DNA from: a virus
Taxonomy: Duplodnaviria; Caudoviricetes
IMG/VR virus record: IMGVR_UViG_3300017740_000058
Location: 1-27,383 of that record
Length of the DNA stretch: 27,383 nucleotides
Reading direction: 5' to 3' (one strand)
Shown: in pieces, positions 1 through 8,400 of the stretch
Numbering within the stretch: the first letter of the stretch is position 1
How the letters are laid out: every line of letters begins with the position of its first letter
Made by a program: the position numbers and the translations under genes
Notes under the pieces: model-generated
What the model saw: the letters and a program-made list of their open reading frames with translations, nothing else
Databases searched by the model: none
What the model was told of the DNA's origin: nothing

Positions 1-1
1 A

Positions 2-475
2 AGATTAAAAAAAGGTGATAAAGATCCAAGAGAATTTACCAGAGACCCTAATCCTACACAATTAACAAAAGATAAAAGATTTAAAAATCCTAATTTTAAT
101 AAAACAGTTGGAGTAGATGCTGTCGCTTTAGATTGGGAAAGTGTACGTGATGGAAAAACTAAAACTGTACAACCTAAAAAACCTGCAACAGTAATAGCAC
201 CTAATAACTATATGATGGGAGTACCTAGTTTTCAGTTTACTCCTACTAATCCTCAAGACCAAAATAAAAATAATCCTGAAGACGATTATGAGAACTTGAA
301 AAAAAGAGTACAAGCAGGTAACTTAACTTCAGATGAAGCAAACCAAATTGTACAAATTGCAAACGACGGAAGAATGCATCTTAATAAAGCATTTAGAATC
401 TGGCAACAACAAAAAATTCAGCCTGATATAGACAAAGCAAGAAATCAAAAACAGCCAATTAGAACTAATGCCTAA
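2..475 (+). CDS. Hypothetical protein, 5'-truncated by window edge
   Basis: The frame of ORF 212..475 is open back to position 2 (RLKKGDKDPREF...). Stop TAA at 473-475. Confidence 0.75.
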   Translation, partial: RLKKGDKDPREFTRDPNPTQLTKDKRFKNPNFNKTVGVDAVALDWESVRDGKTKTVQPKKPATVIAPNNYMMGVPSFQFTPTNPQDQNKNNPEDDYENLKKRVQAGNLTSDEANQIVQIANDGRMHLNKAFRIWQQQKIQPDIDKARNQKQPIRTNA

Positions 476-480
476 CCATT

Positions 481-1737
481 ATGAGATATGCAGATTTATC
501 AGAAAGTTTTTTAAGGCAAATAATACTTGAAGCAGAAGGTAAAAATACTCACCTTGAACATTTAGAGGATAATATTTTTAATAAAGGCTTTCAGGGAGCC
601 AAAGATGCAGTAAACTATCTATACAGTTTACACGAAATGCTGGAAGGAAATACAAAAACACCAATAAGCATGACAACAAAATGGGACGGTGCACCAGCCG
701 TTGTGGCAGGTAAAGATCCAGAAACAGGTAAATTTTTTGTAGGAACTAAAGGTGTATTTGCACAAAAGCCTAAAATAAATTTTACAGATAAGGATATAGA
801 AGAAAATCATCCATCAGAAGGATTGCAAGAAAAATTAAAAACTGCATTGAGAAATTTAAGGAAACTTAATTGGAATACAGTTGCACAAGGTGATATGCTT
901 TATAGTAAAAGCGATTTAGAAACAAAAACTATTAATGGAGAGGAAGTATTAATTTTTAAGCCTAATACAATAGTTTATGCAGTACCAACAGACAGTGATT
1001 TAGCAAAACAAATTAGCAGTTCTGATATGGGTATTGTTTGGCATACAGAGTATGTAGGTGGACCTACATTAGCAGATACCCAAGCAAAGTTTGGATTTAA
1101 TAGCAGTGAACTAGGAAGTACTCCTAGTGTATGGCACAGAGACGCAATAATAAAAGATTTTAGTGGTACTGTTACATTTACACAAGAAGAAAGTGATAAT
1201 GTAATGAGTGCTATTAGTGAAGCAGATAACTATTTAAAAAGTATTGATTCTGAAACATTTGGTTGGCTAGAAAAAGGAAACGATCTAATAGGTAAAGACT
1301 TTTTACAACAATTAAAGGCTCATGTAAATAATAACATCAGAGCAGGAGCATTTGACGAGCCTACGAAATTTGCACAAGGGTTTGTACAAAAGTATATAGA
1401 TTTCATGCAAAAGAAAATAGACGGTTATAAGACAGAAAAGAAACAAGAAGAAATGACTGAAAAATTAGTACAGGGTGTTAAGTTTATTAAAGAACATGTT
1501 CCTGGTATTGTTGCTGTTTATGATTTGTATTTAAAACTTATTGAAGCAAAGATAAGGATAGTTAAAAAGTTAGAAACAATTAGACAGTTACCTACATTTA
1601 AAGAAACAGACAACGGTTATGAAGTGACAGGCGAAGAAGGATTTGTTGCTGTAGACAGAATGGGTAATGCATTAAAACTAGTAGATAGACTGGAGTTTAG
1701 CAGACTAAACTTTGGAACAGGAATACCAGGCAAATAA
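481..1737 (+). CDS. Conserved phage protein (DUF6267-like) with covalent nucleotidyltransferase / RNA-ligase-like motifs
   Basis: 418 aa. KWDG at aa 67-70 (KxDG motif I), QGD at aa 136-138, EGFV at aa 386-389 (motif IV-like), LKL with K399 (motif V-like). Family recalled from the HLEHLED...KWDGAPA pattern. Confidence 0.7.
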   Translation: MRYADLSESFLRQIILEAEGKNTHLEHLEDNIFNKGFQGAKDAVNYLYSLHEMLEGNTKTPISMTTKWDGAPAVVAGKDPETGKFFVGTKGVFAQKPKINFTDKDIEENHPSEGLQEKLKTALRNLRKLNWNTVAQGDMLYSKSDLETKTINGEEVLIFKPNTIVYAVPTDSDLAKQISSSDMGIVWHTEYVGGPTLADTQAKFGFNSSELGSTPSVWHRDAIIKDFSGTVTFTQEESDNVMSAISEADNYLKSIDSETFGWLEKGNDLIGKDFLQQLKAHVNNNIRAGAFDEPTKFAQGFVQKYIDFMQKKIDGYKTEKKQEEMTEKLVQGVKFIKEHVPGIVAVYDLYLKLIEAKIRIVKKLETIRQLPTFKETDNGYEVTGEEGFVAVDRMGNALKLVDRLEFSRLNFGTGIPGK

Positions 1738-1738
1738 A

Positions 1739-2536
1739 ATGGACTTTAAATTAATAGATAAAGAAATATCAGAAGCAAGGTTGTATAGAACTACATCAGG
1801 CTTCAATCAACTTACTGGTGAGTCTGTAGCAGAATTATTATATTTAAATACTCTAATAACTTTTTTAATGTATAAAGATGATAAACAACATGATTTTGCA
1901 AAGTCTTATGCAAAACAAAGCACACAATATGGAAAATATACACTATTTAGAAGTCATGCAACAGATTTATATTTGTTAGCATATTTGGTATCTAATCCTG
2001 ACAGCAAAAGTATTAAACTAAGAAATAAACTCAGCAGTAAAAAACATTTAGATAGCCTTAAGTTTGATAAGAAAACACATTGGCAATTTATGTTTAAGTT
2101 AGCAAATGATAGAATAACAGATACTGTGGCAAGTCCATATCTGTTTAGATTGGAAAGCCAACTAAAGATTAAAAAATCCATGTACAAGCAATGGCGTAGA
2201 TTAATAATGGATTGGGAAAATTTAAGATATATACAAAGGCAGAGTGTTACAACCAGAATAGTACAGGAGTTAAGACGTTTAGGCAGAGGCAGTGAGTTAA
2301 TGACACCTATGACTAGTATGCTTAAATACAAAAAATACAGAGTAAGAGACAAGGTTACTAAAACAGATCCAATGAAGAGATTGGGTGGTACTGTGGCAGG
2401 AGCAGTTGCAGGTCGTTATGCGGGTAAAAAGATTGCACAAAAACTAAATAAGAATGTAGATAAATATAAGAGAGCAGGAACAGGACTTGGCGCAATAGCA
2501 GGTTATTGGGCAAGTGGAAGGCAAAGACAAAAATGA
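1739..2536 (+). CDS. Hypothetical protein with C-terminal glycine-zipper-like segments
   Basis: ORF 1712..2536; ATG 1739, just after the upstream stop, is the likelier start. C-terminus LGGTVAGAVAG...AGTGLGAIAGYW. Confidence 0.75.
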   Translation: MDFKLIDKEISEARLYRTTSGFNQLTGESVAELLYLNTLITFLMYKDDKQHDFAKSYAKQSTQYGKYTLFRSHATDLYLLAYLVSNPDSKSIKLRNKLSSKKHLDSLKFDKKTHWQFMFKLANDRITDTVASPYLFRLESQLKIKKSMYKQWRRLIMDWENLRYIQRQSVTTRIVQELRRLGRGSELMTPMTSMLKYKKYRVRDKVTKTDPMKRLGGTVAGAVAGRYAGKKIAQKLNKNVDKYKRAGTGLGAIAGYWASGRQRQK

Positions 2537-3105
2537 AAATAAACGACATATTAAGTGAAGCACCAGCAGTAGGATCAGGTCCTAGTGCCGCAATGGCACG
2601 AGGTTCAGAAGAAGTTAGAGCTGACTTAGAATTTGCTACACTTAAAAAGTTTAGTCCAAAATTTGCAAATGAATTTAAACAAAAGTTCCAATTATTAGGT
2701 AAATCCAGTGTTGATGCGGCTTATCAGGCGGCGGCTGAATCAAACCCTGCTTTTGGTTTGTCAGTTGCAGATGCAAAAGGAATAGCCAGTGCAGAACATG
2801 GCTCCGCAGATTATAATTCCAAGATGAATGCATTTATATCTGCTATGCCAGACAAATATAAAAGTGTTAAAAAACAATTTAGAAAAATAGATACACCAGC
2901 ATTATCCAAAGCGGCGGCTGGCCAAAGAGGCTGGAGCGATGAAACACATGGCCATTTAAGAAAGGGTACACAAGACTTCTTAAAGAAAATGAAGGTGGCT
3001 GGGCAAGACAAAATGGCAGATATCAAAGGCGGTTGGGATATTGGTGCTAAATTAGGTACTTTCTTAAGCAAACCTGTTGGTGTTAGCAGAGTCAAACGTA
3101 ATTAA
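2533..3105 (+). CDS. Hypothetical Ala/Lys-rich protein, candidate internal virion protein
   Basis: ATGA overlap with the upstream stop at 2533-2536 gives the start MKINDILSEAP. Confidence 0.7.
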   Translation: MKINDILSEAPAVGSGPSAAMARGSEEVRADLEFATLKKFSPKFANEFKQKFQLLGKSSVDAAYQAAAESNPAFGLSVADAKGIASAEHGSADYNSKMNAFISAMPDKYKSVKKQFRKIDTPALSKAAAGQRGWSDETHGHLRKGTQDFLKKMKVAGQDKMADIKGGWDIGAKLGTFLSKPVGVSRVKRN

Positions 3106-3137
3106 CGCCATTCACTAGAAAAAAATATTCCAAATCA

Positions 3138-3145
3138 GATAAATA
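3138..3145 (+). promoter_or_regulatory. Putative late promoter GATAAATA
   Basis: Intergenic motif recurring upstream of many genes; resembles the T4 late promoter TATAAATA. Confidence 0.75.
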
Positions 3146-3153
3146 ATGGTAAC

Positions 3154-3169
3154 GCATAGATTTCTATGC
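3154..3169 (+). other. 5' leader hairpin
   Basis: GCATAG-ATTT-CTATGC between the promoter and RBS AGGAGA (3180-3185). Confidence 0.6.
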
Positions 3170-3191
3170 ATAACAATTTAGGAGAAACCAA

Positions 3192-3536
3192 ATGGCACAA
3201 ACAAAAGGAAACGGAGCCGGTGTTGCTGAATTTGTAACAGGAAGTCTTATTTCAAGACACAACCTAGCGGCAATTTTAGTTGATACGGGTGCAGATTTAA
3301 GAACAGAAGATGATGCAACTGGTGAAGCAGTTGAAAAAGCATTACAAATGATTCAACCATTAATGTACGAAGTAACAGACGACAACAGTGGTAAAATTCA
3401 TTGTATCGTTGACGGAAGTCAGTTAGATGCGGCATCTTTACAAATCCAACTAAGAGCAATTGGCACATCAGCAGTTAATAGTTATAACTTTGCAACAGCA
3501 ACAGTAACTTTAGGTACTGGTATGGTAGTTAGTTAA
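3192..3536 (+). CDS. Small 'MAQT' protein 1, probable virion structural protein
   Basis: 114 aa; strong RBS, own promoter and own terminator. Confidence 0.8.
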   Translation: MAQTKGNGAGVAEFVTGSLISRHNLAAILVDTGADLRTEDDATGEAVEKALQMIQPLMYEVTDDNSGKIHCIVDGSQLDAASLQIQLRAIGTSAVNSYNFATATVTLGTGMVVS

Positions 3537-3548
3537 GTTTAAACTTAA
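3533..3548. repeat. Perfect 16-bp palindrome overlapping the stop codon
   Basis: TTAAGTTTAAACTTAA. Confidence 0.7.
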
Positions 3549-3555
3549 TATAAAG

Positions 3556-3581
3556 AAGGGCATTTTACATGCCCTTTTTTT
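3556..3581 (+). terminator. Intrinsic terminator
   Basis: AAGGGCAT-TTTAC-ATGCCCTT followed by a T-run. Confidence 0.85.
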
Positions 3582-3591
3582 ATGGAAAAAT

Positions 3592-3599
3592 GATAAATA
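3592..3599 (+). promoter_or_regulatory. Putative late promoter GATAAATA
   Basis: Exact motif, directly after the terminator. Confidence 0.75.
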
Positions 3600-3607
3600 A
3601 AGTTAAA

Positions 3608-3625
3608 GCAGTAATTAATTACTGC
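3608..3625 (+). other. 5' leader palindrome/hairpin
   Basis: Perfect 18-bp palindrome GCAGTAATTAATTACTGC before RBS AGGAGA (3634-3639). Confidence 0.65.
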
Positions 3626-3645
3626 AAAAATTTAGGAGAATTACA

Positions 3646-3915
3646 ATGGCACAAACGGATAGAAGAGCAGTAGCGGCAGGTGAGTTTATTGGTAAAGATG
3701 TATTCCTTAAGAGTTTTACTCAACAATCAGGTAACATTTCACAGACTCAACTAGACGCACTAGTTAGCTCAGTAACAAATTTAAATCTAACAGTTTTAAA
3801 AATTGGTGATATCACTATAGGTGGTCAAGCAGTTGTTAGAATGATAGTAGAAGGTGCGGATAACCTAGCAAACGGTGACATAGCAGGTCACGTTATTGCA
3901 GACGTCACATTCTAA
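3646..3915 (+). CDS. Small 'MAQT' protein 2
   Basis: 89 aa; RBS AGGAGA, own promoter and own terminator. Confidence 0.8.
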   Translation: MAQTDRRAVAAGEFIGKDVFLKSFTQQSGNISQTQLDALVSSVTNLNLTVLKIGDITIGGQAVVRMIVEGADNLANGDIAGHVIADVTF

Positions 3916-3933
3916 GTTAATTTAAACTTATTT

Positions 3934-3963
3934 AAAAATCCTCACTAGTTGGGGATTTTTTTT
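3934..3963 (+). terminator. Intrinsic terminator
   Basis: AAAAATCCTCA-CTAGT-TGGGGATTTTT (one G-U pair) plus T-run. Confidence 0.8.
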
Positions 3964-3975
3964 GGCTGAAAAAAA

Positions 3976-3983
3976 GATAAATA
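3976..3983 (+). promoter_or_regulatory. Putative late promoter GATAAATA
   Basis: Exact motif after the terminator. Confidence 0.75.
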
Positions 3984-3992
3984 CATGTAAGA

Positions 3993-4011
3993 CTACTGCA
4001 ATAAGCAGTAG
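3993..4011 (+). other. 5' leader hairpin
   Basis: CTACTGC-AATAA-GCAGTAG before RBS AGGAGA (4020-4025). Confidence 0.65.
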
Positions 4012-4030
4012 AGTAACATAGGAGAATAAC

Positions 4031-4402
4031 ATGGCACAAACTAAAGTAAATCCTGTATATGTAAATGAAGAAAAGTTTTTTATAGGTTTAAAGCCAACAT
4101 TTTTTGAAGTAACATTTGGAGCGGCCGTAAACGCAAAAACTGGACCTTCAAGTACAATACAAACAGTTATACATGCTATTTTAAATGAAAATCTTTCAAT
4201 CCTAGGCATGAGTGCATTGTATGACACAAATCAAACAATAGCATTTATGGTTGACGGTGAGAAAGGTACTGACACATATGACGGATCAAACAGTGAAACC
4301 TTAGCGGCTCACTTAGAAGACGTTATTATAGCATTAGGCACAGTTGATGGAATCAACTTAGCAAGTGCTACATGTACAGCAAAAACATTTGCATTAGCAT
4401 AA
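4031..4402 (+). CDS. Small 'MAQT' protein 3
   Basis: 123 aa; C-terminus (IALGTVDGINLASAT) resembles that of protein 1 (RAIGTSAVNSYNFATAT). Confidence 0.8.
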   Translation: MAQTKVNPVYVNEEKFFIGLKPTFFEVTFGAAVNAKTGPSSTIQTVIHAILNENLSILGMSALYDTNQTIAFMVDGEKGTDTYDGSNSETLAAHLEDVIIALGTVDGINLASATCTAKTFALA

Positions 4403-4416
4403 ACTTATCTTAGTTG

Positions 4417-4442
4417 AAAAGACCACCCTAGGGTGGTTTTTT
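4417..4442 (+). terminator. Intrinsic terminator
   Basis: Palindrome ACCACCCTAGGGTGGT (4422-4437) followed by a T-run. Confidence 0.8.
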
Positions 4443-4479
4443 CTTGAGTACAATTTCTGACGATCATTTTAACAAAGTC

Positions 4480-4487
4480 GATAAATA
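4480..4487 (+). promoter_or_regulatory. Putative late promoter GATAAATA
   Basis: Exact motif upstream of RBS GGAGA (4509-4513). Confidence 0.7.
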
Positions 4488-4517
4488 GTAGATACAGACA
4501 CAGAATATGGAGATATT

Positions 4518-4925
4518 ATGGTAACAGGAGAAAGAAGTGGAGCAATGGGAAGTTCGGAAGTTGTTTCCGGCAATATAGAATTTTATACTTTGTTTACCAC
4601 TATTAACATTACAAGCACAGGAGATTTTTCAGATAATACACAGAAAGACTTTGAAAGTGTAGTACAAGTGATAGGGTTAAGAGCACAACCAGTTGTTATG
4701 AATAATCCAGTTTCACTAAATGGAGTAGGAGCTCAGGTACTAGAAAATTATGGTGCACCAACACTAACAGGAGCAGGTTATATTTTTAAATTTGCTTTTG
4801 AAAGAGAAGGAGTCCATTCCATAGATACACTTAAAAATGAATTAAATGGAATAGTACTTAACGGTGGTACAATAGATACTACAAGTACAGTAAATATGGA
4901 ATTTAGTAAACAAGATTTATTATAG
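4518..4925 (+). CDS. Hypothetical protein, possible distant member of the MAQT family
   Basis: 135 aa; RBS present; size and composition similar to the MAQT proteins. Confidence 0.75.
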   Translation: MVTGERSGAMGSSEVVSGNIEFYTLFTTINITSTGDFSDNTQKDFESVVQVIGLRAQPVVMNNPVSLNGVGAQVLENYGAPTLTGAGYIFKFAFEREGVHSIDTLKNELNGIVLNGGTIDTTSTVNMEFSKQDLL

Positions 4926-4933
4926 AGTAAAAC

Positions 4934-5173
4934 ATGCCTAAAAAGAACGAACCAGAATTAACACCTAAGCCTTATGTAGAAAGTGGTAATATAGAAGCAC
5001 ATATAATTGCAGACATGCTTCGTATAGAATCAATATCATCAGAATTAAAAGAATTTAAAGAAGTTACAAAAGAAAGATTAAACAAACTAGAGAGTTGGAT
5101 AATTGCTATTGTAGGATTAACCTTTACGACATTGGTTACTACAGTAGTTGGATTATTAATGAAAATGCTATGA
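4934..5173 (+). CDS. Small coiled-coil protein with C-terminal transmembrane helix
   Basis: Heptad-like ISSELKEFKEVTKERLNKLE, then hydrophobic WIIAIVGLTFTTLVTTVVGLLM. Confidence 0.75.
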   Translation: MPKKNEPELTPKPYVESGNIEAHIIADMLRIESISSELKEFKEVTKERLNKLESWIIAIVGLTFTTLVTTVVGLLMKML

Positions 5174-5454
5174 GATTAGAAGAATTTACAGATGAGCCTA
5201 TTATAGAAGCCAGAATGGTTTGGCGTAAAATGGGTAACACAGTAAAACGTGCTATCAGATGTACAAGTGGTAGACGCAAAGGTAGAGTAGTGAGTAATCC
5301 TAGTCAATGTAATAAGCCTATAGATTTTAGAAAACGTTTAACAATGAAGAAAACAAAAGCAAGATTGGGTGCAAGAATGTCTAGACGAGCACAAAGAACT
5401 AAACGTTTTAATATACAAAGCAAAAGAGTAAAAGCACTTAATAAGAGAAGATAA
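5170..5454 (+). CDS. Very basic small protein with acidic N-terminal leader
   Basis: ATGA overlap at 5170-5173 gives MRLEEFTDEPIIEAR; the remainder is R/K-rich with two Cys. Confidence 0.75.
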   Translation: MRLEEFTDEPIIEARMVWRKMGNTVKRAIRCTSGRRKGRVVSNPSQCNKPIDFRKRLTMKKTKARLGARMSRRAQRTKRFNIQSKRVKALNKRR

Positions 5455-8400
5455 TGAAGTTTAAAGATGTTAAAACTTTAGAACATTTATTAAAAGAGTA
5501 TGGTGCATCTTCAGGTGGAGGTGCAGTAGGTGGTGGCGGACACGGTGCTAGTGCAAAAGCAAATAAGTCTAAAAAATCTATAGCAAGTGGACCAGATGTT
5601 AGTACTGCATCTCCAACTGTAACAGGACAACCTGCACAAAAACCTCAACAAGCAAAGCCAAGTACTAATCAAGTAAAAGCAAAAGATTTACAAGACGGCG
5701 ATATGGTTGTCAGCAAAGATGGTAAAACGGCAGAAGTATATTCTAAAGTAGGGCAAGGAAACAATCCTAGTGCATTAATTACAAAAGACAAACAAGGCAA
5801 TCTAGCAGAAATACCAAAAGACGAAACAGTAGATGCTATACAACCAAATAAACCAGGAGAGTTAGATACCATACCTGATGAAAAAGAAAGAACAAGTTTC
5901 AAAGATAGAATTAAGCAAGGAATGGCATTAGGAAATAAAATTGCTGGTGTAGATGAAGGTAAGTTAGGTAAACTTGCTAAAGGCAAAGGTAGAAAATTAC
6001 AAATTAGAAAATTAAAAGGTAAAATTAAAAGACTTGCTAAATCAAAATTAAAAGAAGCAAATCCAAAATTATTTGAAATAAACTTTAACAGAAAAAGTGT
6101 AGCAAGAGAAGCCTTAGATACTCCAGTAAAATGTGGTTTTGAAGCAGAAACATTTTTCTATAATGTTGAAGGTGGCAATAGTTCTCATGTTGATGATATG
6201 AGTATCGGAGACATTGAGTACGAATACGGTGACTTACCAGATAGTGCATATGAAGATTATAGATCATGGTTATATGATAAAGGACAAGAAGATTATTTAG
6301 ACGACCTAGTAGCAGATAAAATTCAGGAAGTTAAAGAAGATGAAGACTGGCTAGATGAGTTTATAGATAGTAGCTCAGGTCCAAGTTCAGAAGCAATAGA
6401 AAGATATAAAGACGATTTCCAAGACGCCGATCCCAAAGAATACGAAAACCGTGAAGAAGATGGTTGGACTTATATAAACTGGGTAAGAGAATATGTTGAA
6501 GAAGAATACGAAGATGAATACCATGAATGGTTAGATGGTGCGGTTAGAGAAGATTACAATTTAGATGATGAAGCCACAGAGGCCGCTGAACAAGACTACA
6601 GTATGGATGATTGGGTATATGACAACTATAGTTATATGAGTGATTTCCTAAATGATTATGGTTATGAATATAGTGATGGAGGCGGAGATGTTGAACAAGT
6701 TGCCTCAGAATTACATACTTGGGCTGAGAACAACAGTAAATTTACGGACTTTCCGGAATCAGGAGATTACGGTGATACTTATACCACAACTGCTTGGGCT
6801 GTGGAAAAAGATAGCAGTATCGAACCTGATGAAGGTACTGGTGCAGAACTTATATCACCGGTATTTGATAGTCCCAGAAAAATGCTTTCTGAAATGAAAA
6901 GTTTATTTGACTGGAGTGAAGAAAACTTTGGAACAAATAATTCAACAGGACTTCACGTTACTATGAGTTGGAACGGTGAACCAGATGCACCTGTGGATGA
7001 GAACGGTAGAAGGGAAGGCCAAGAACTTAACAAATTAAAAATGGCATTACTGTTAGGTGACCCGTACTTACTAGCAGAATTTGGTAGACTTAGAAACAGT
7101 TATACAAAAAGCCAATATAATAATATATTAAAATATGCCGAAGGTATGAAACGTGGAGATGCTAACAGTTTGGAAGAGTTTGAAAAAATGTTATCAAAAG
7201 GAATAGATACAGGTAAATTTAATACTATCCACTTTAAGGATGATAAGGACAGAGACTCAAATAATAAACTTATAGAGTTTAGAATAGCCGGTGGTGCAGA
7301 TTACAATGAAATGTATGAAAAAGTTGTAAAAGCAGTTGTGCGATATGCTACTGTGATGAAAGCAGGATATGATAAAAATGCATACAGAGATGATTATGTT
7401 AATGCAGTATTTAGGTTATTGCGTAAATCACAGGAAATAGATCCTAAAAAATTAAAAGATTTAGAAGTTGTTAATCATCCTATAATAGATTCAGCAAAAG
7501 AAATAGTTGGTAAAAAGGATTACTTTGATGTTGTAAGGTATTTAAGTAATAGTGTGGAATACTATAACGAGTATAAAAACTTATCTGATCCAGATGCAGA
7601 TAAAAAATGGAAACAAAGTATAAAAGATTATAAAAAAGGCACTGGCAGAGATCCAAGTTGGGTGGGCGAAGCAGAAGAAGGCGAATCAATAACTGGTTAC
7701 ATAGAGCCAAGTAGCATGCCACCAAGTAAGAGGGCAGAAGGCAGATTCCAAAAATCACAAGAGAGTTTTATTAATGCTGTTGTAATTTTGTCTAGAGATA
7801 TAGCAGATGGTATTACTAGAGGCTCTGTAAGAGCTAAAGACATTAGTATATTTAGAGATTATTCCAAACAATTAGAATTAGACGATAAAAAATTACAAGG
7901 ATTGGCCTTAAGGCAATTAAACGACCAAAACTACAACGGTACAGATAAAGAAAATATAGCAAGACTTAAAAAAGGAATAGATACTTTATTTAAAAGGGAT
8001 ATAATACAAGAGCCAGGATTTATGTCCCATCAGGATGTAGATGTAATATTAAAACAATTATGGCAATTCTTCCAAACAGATGATAGTGATGATTATCATA
8101 AAAGAGTTGAATTAGCAGATTTGCTAATAGGTGCAAATCCAAATATGGCAGGTCTTGGAAACAATAAAGATGATGATGAAAAGCATGGCCTAGTAATGGA
8201 TTTTTTACAAGAAATTTCTCATACAAGACAATTAAATACTTTTGTTGCTAAACTCAGAGGATCAGGTTACGGTAATTATATTACACCAATTGAATCTGGT
8301 AAAATGACAAATCAAGATGAAGTAGAAAGTCTTAAGAAATTTTTAGAGCCTTATGGAGGATATGATCATCCTACAAGTAAGGATCATCATATAAACATCA

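Noticed and set aside
2459-2466. Intragenic GATAAATA 66 nt upstream of ATG 2533
   Set aside because: It lies within coding sequence (D-K-Y codons) and the downstream gene is already translationally coupled. It may be chance, so it is not listed as a feature.
3138-4487. Possible CRISPR array or integron attC cassettes
   Set aside because: The repeated parts are promoter, RBS and terminator elements hundreds of bases apart. There are no fixed-length repeats with spacers, and no integrase or cas genes.
5670-5830. QVKAKDLQDGDMVV resembles a Hint/intein segment
   Set aside because: No N-terminal Cys/Ser block, TxxH or terminal HN is visible. More likely a small SH3/KOW-like barrel.
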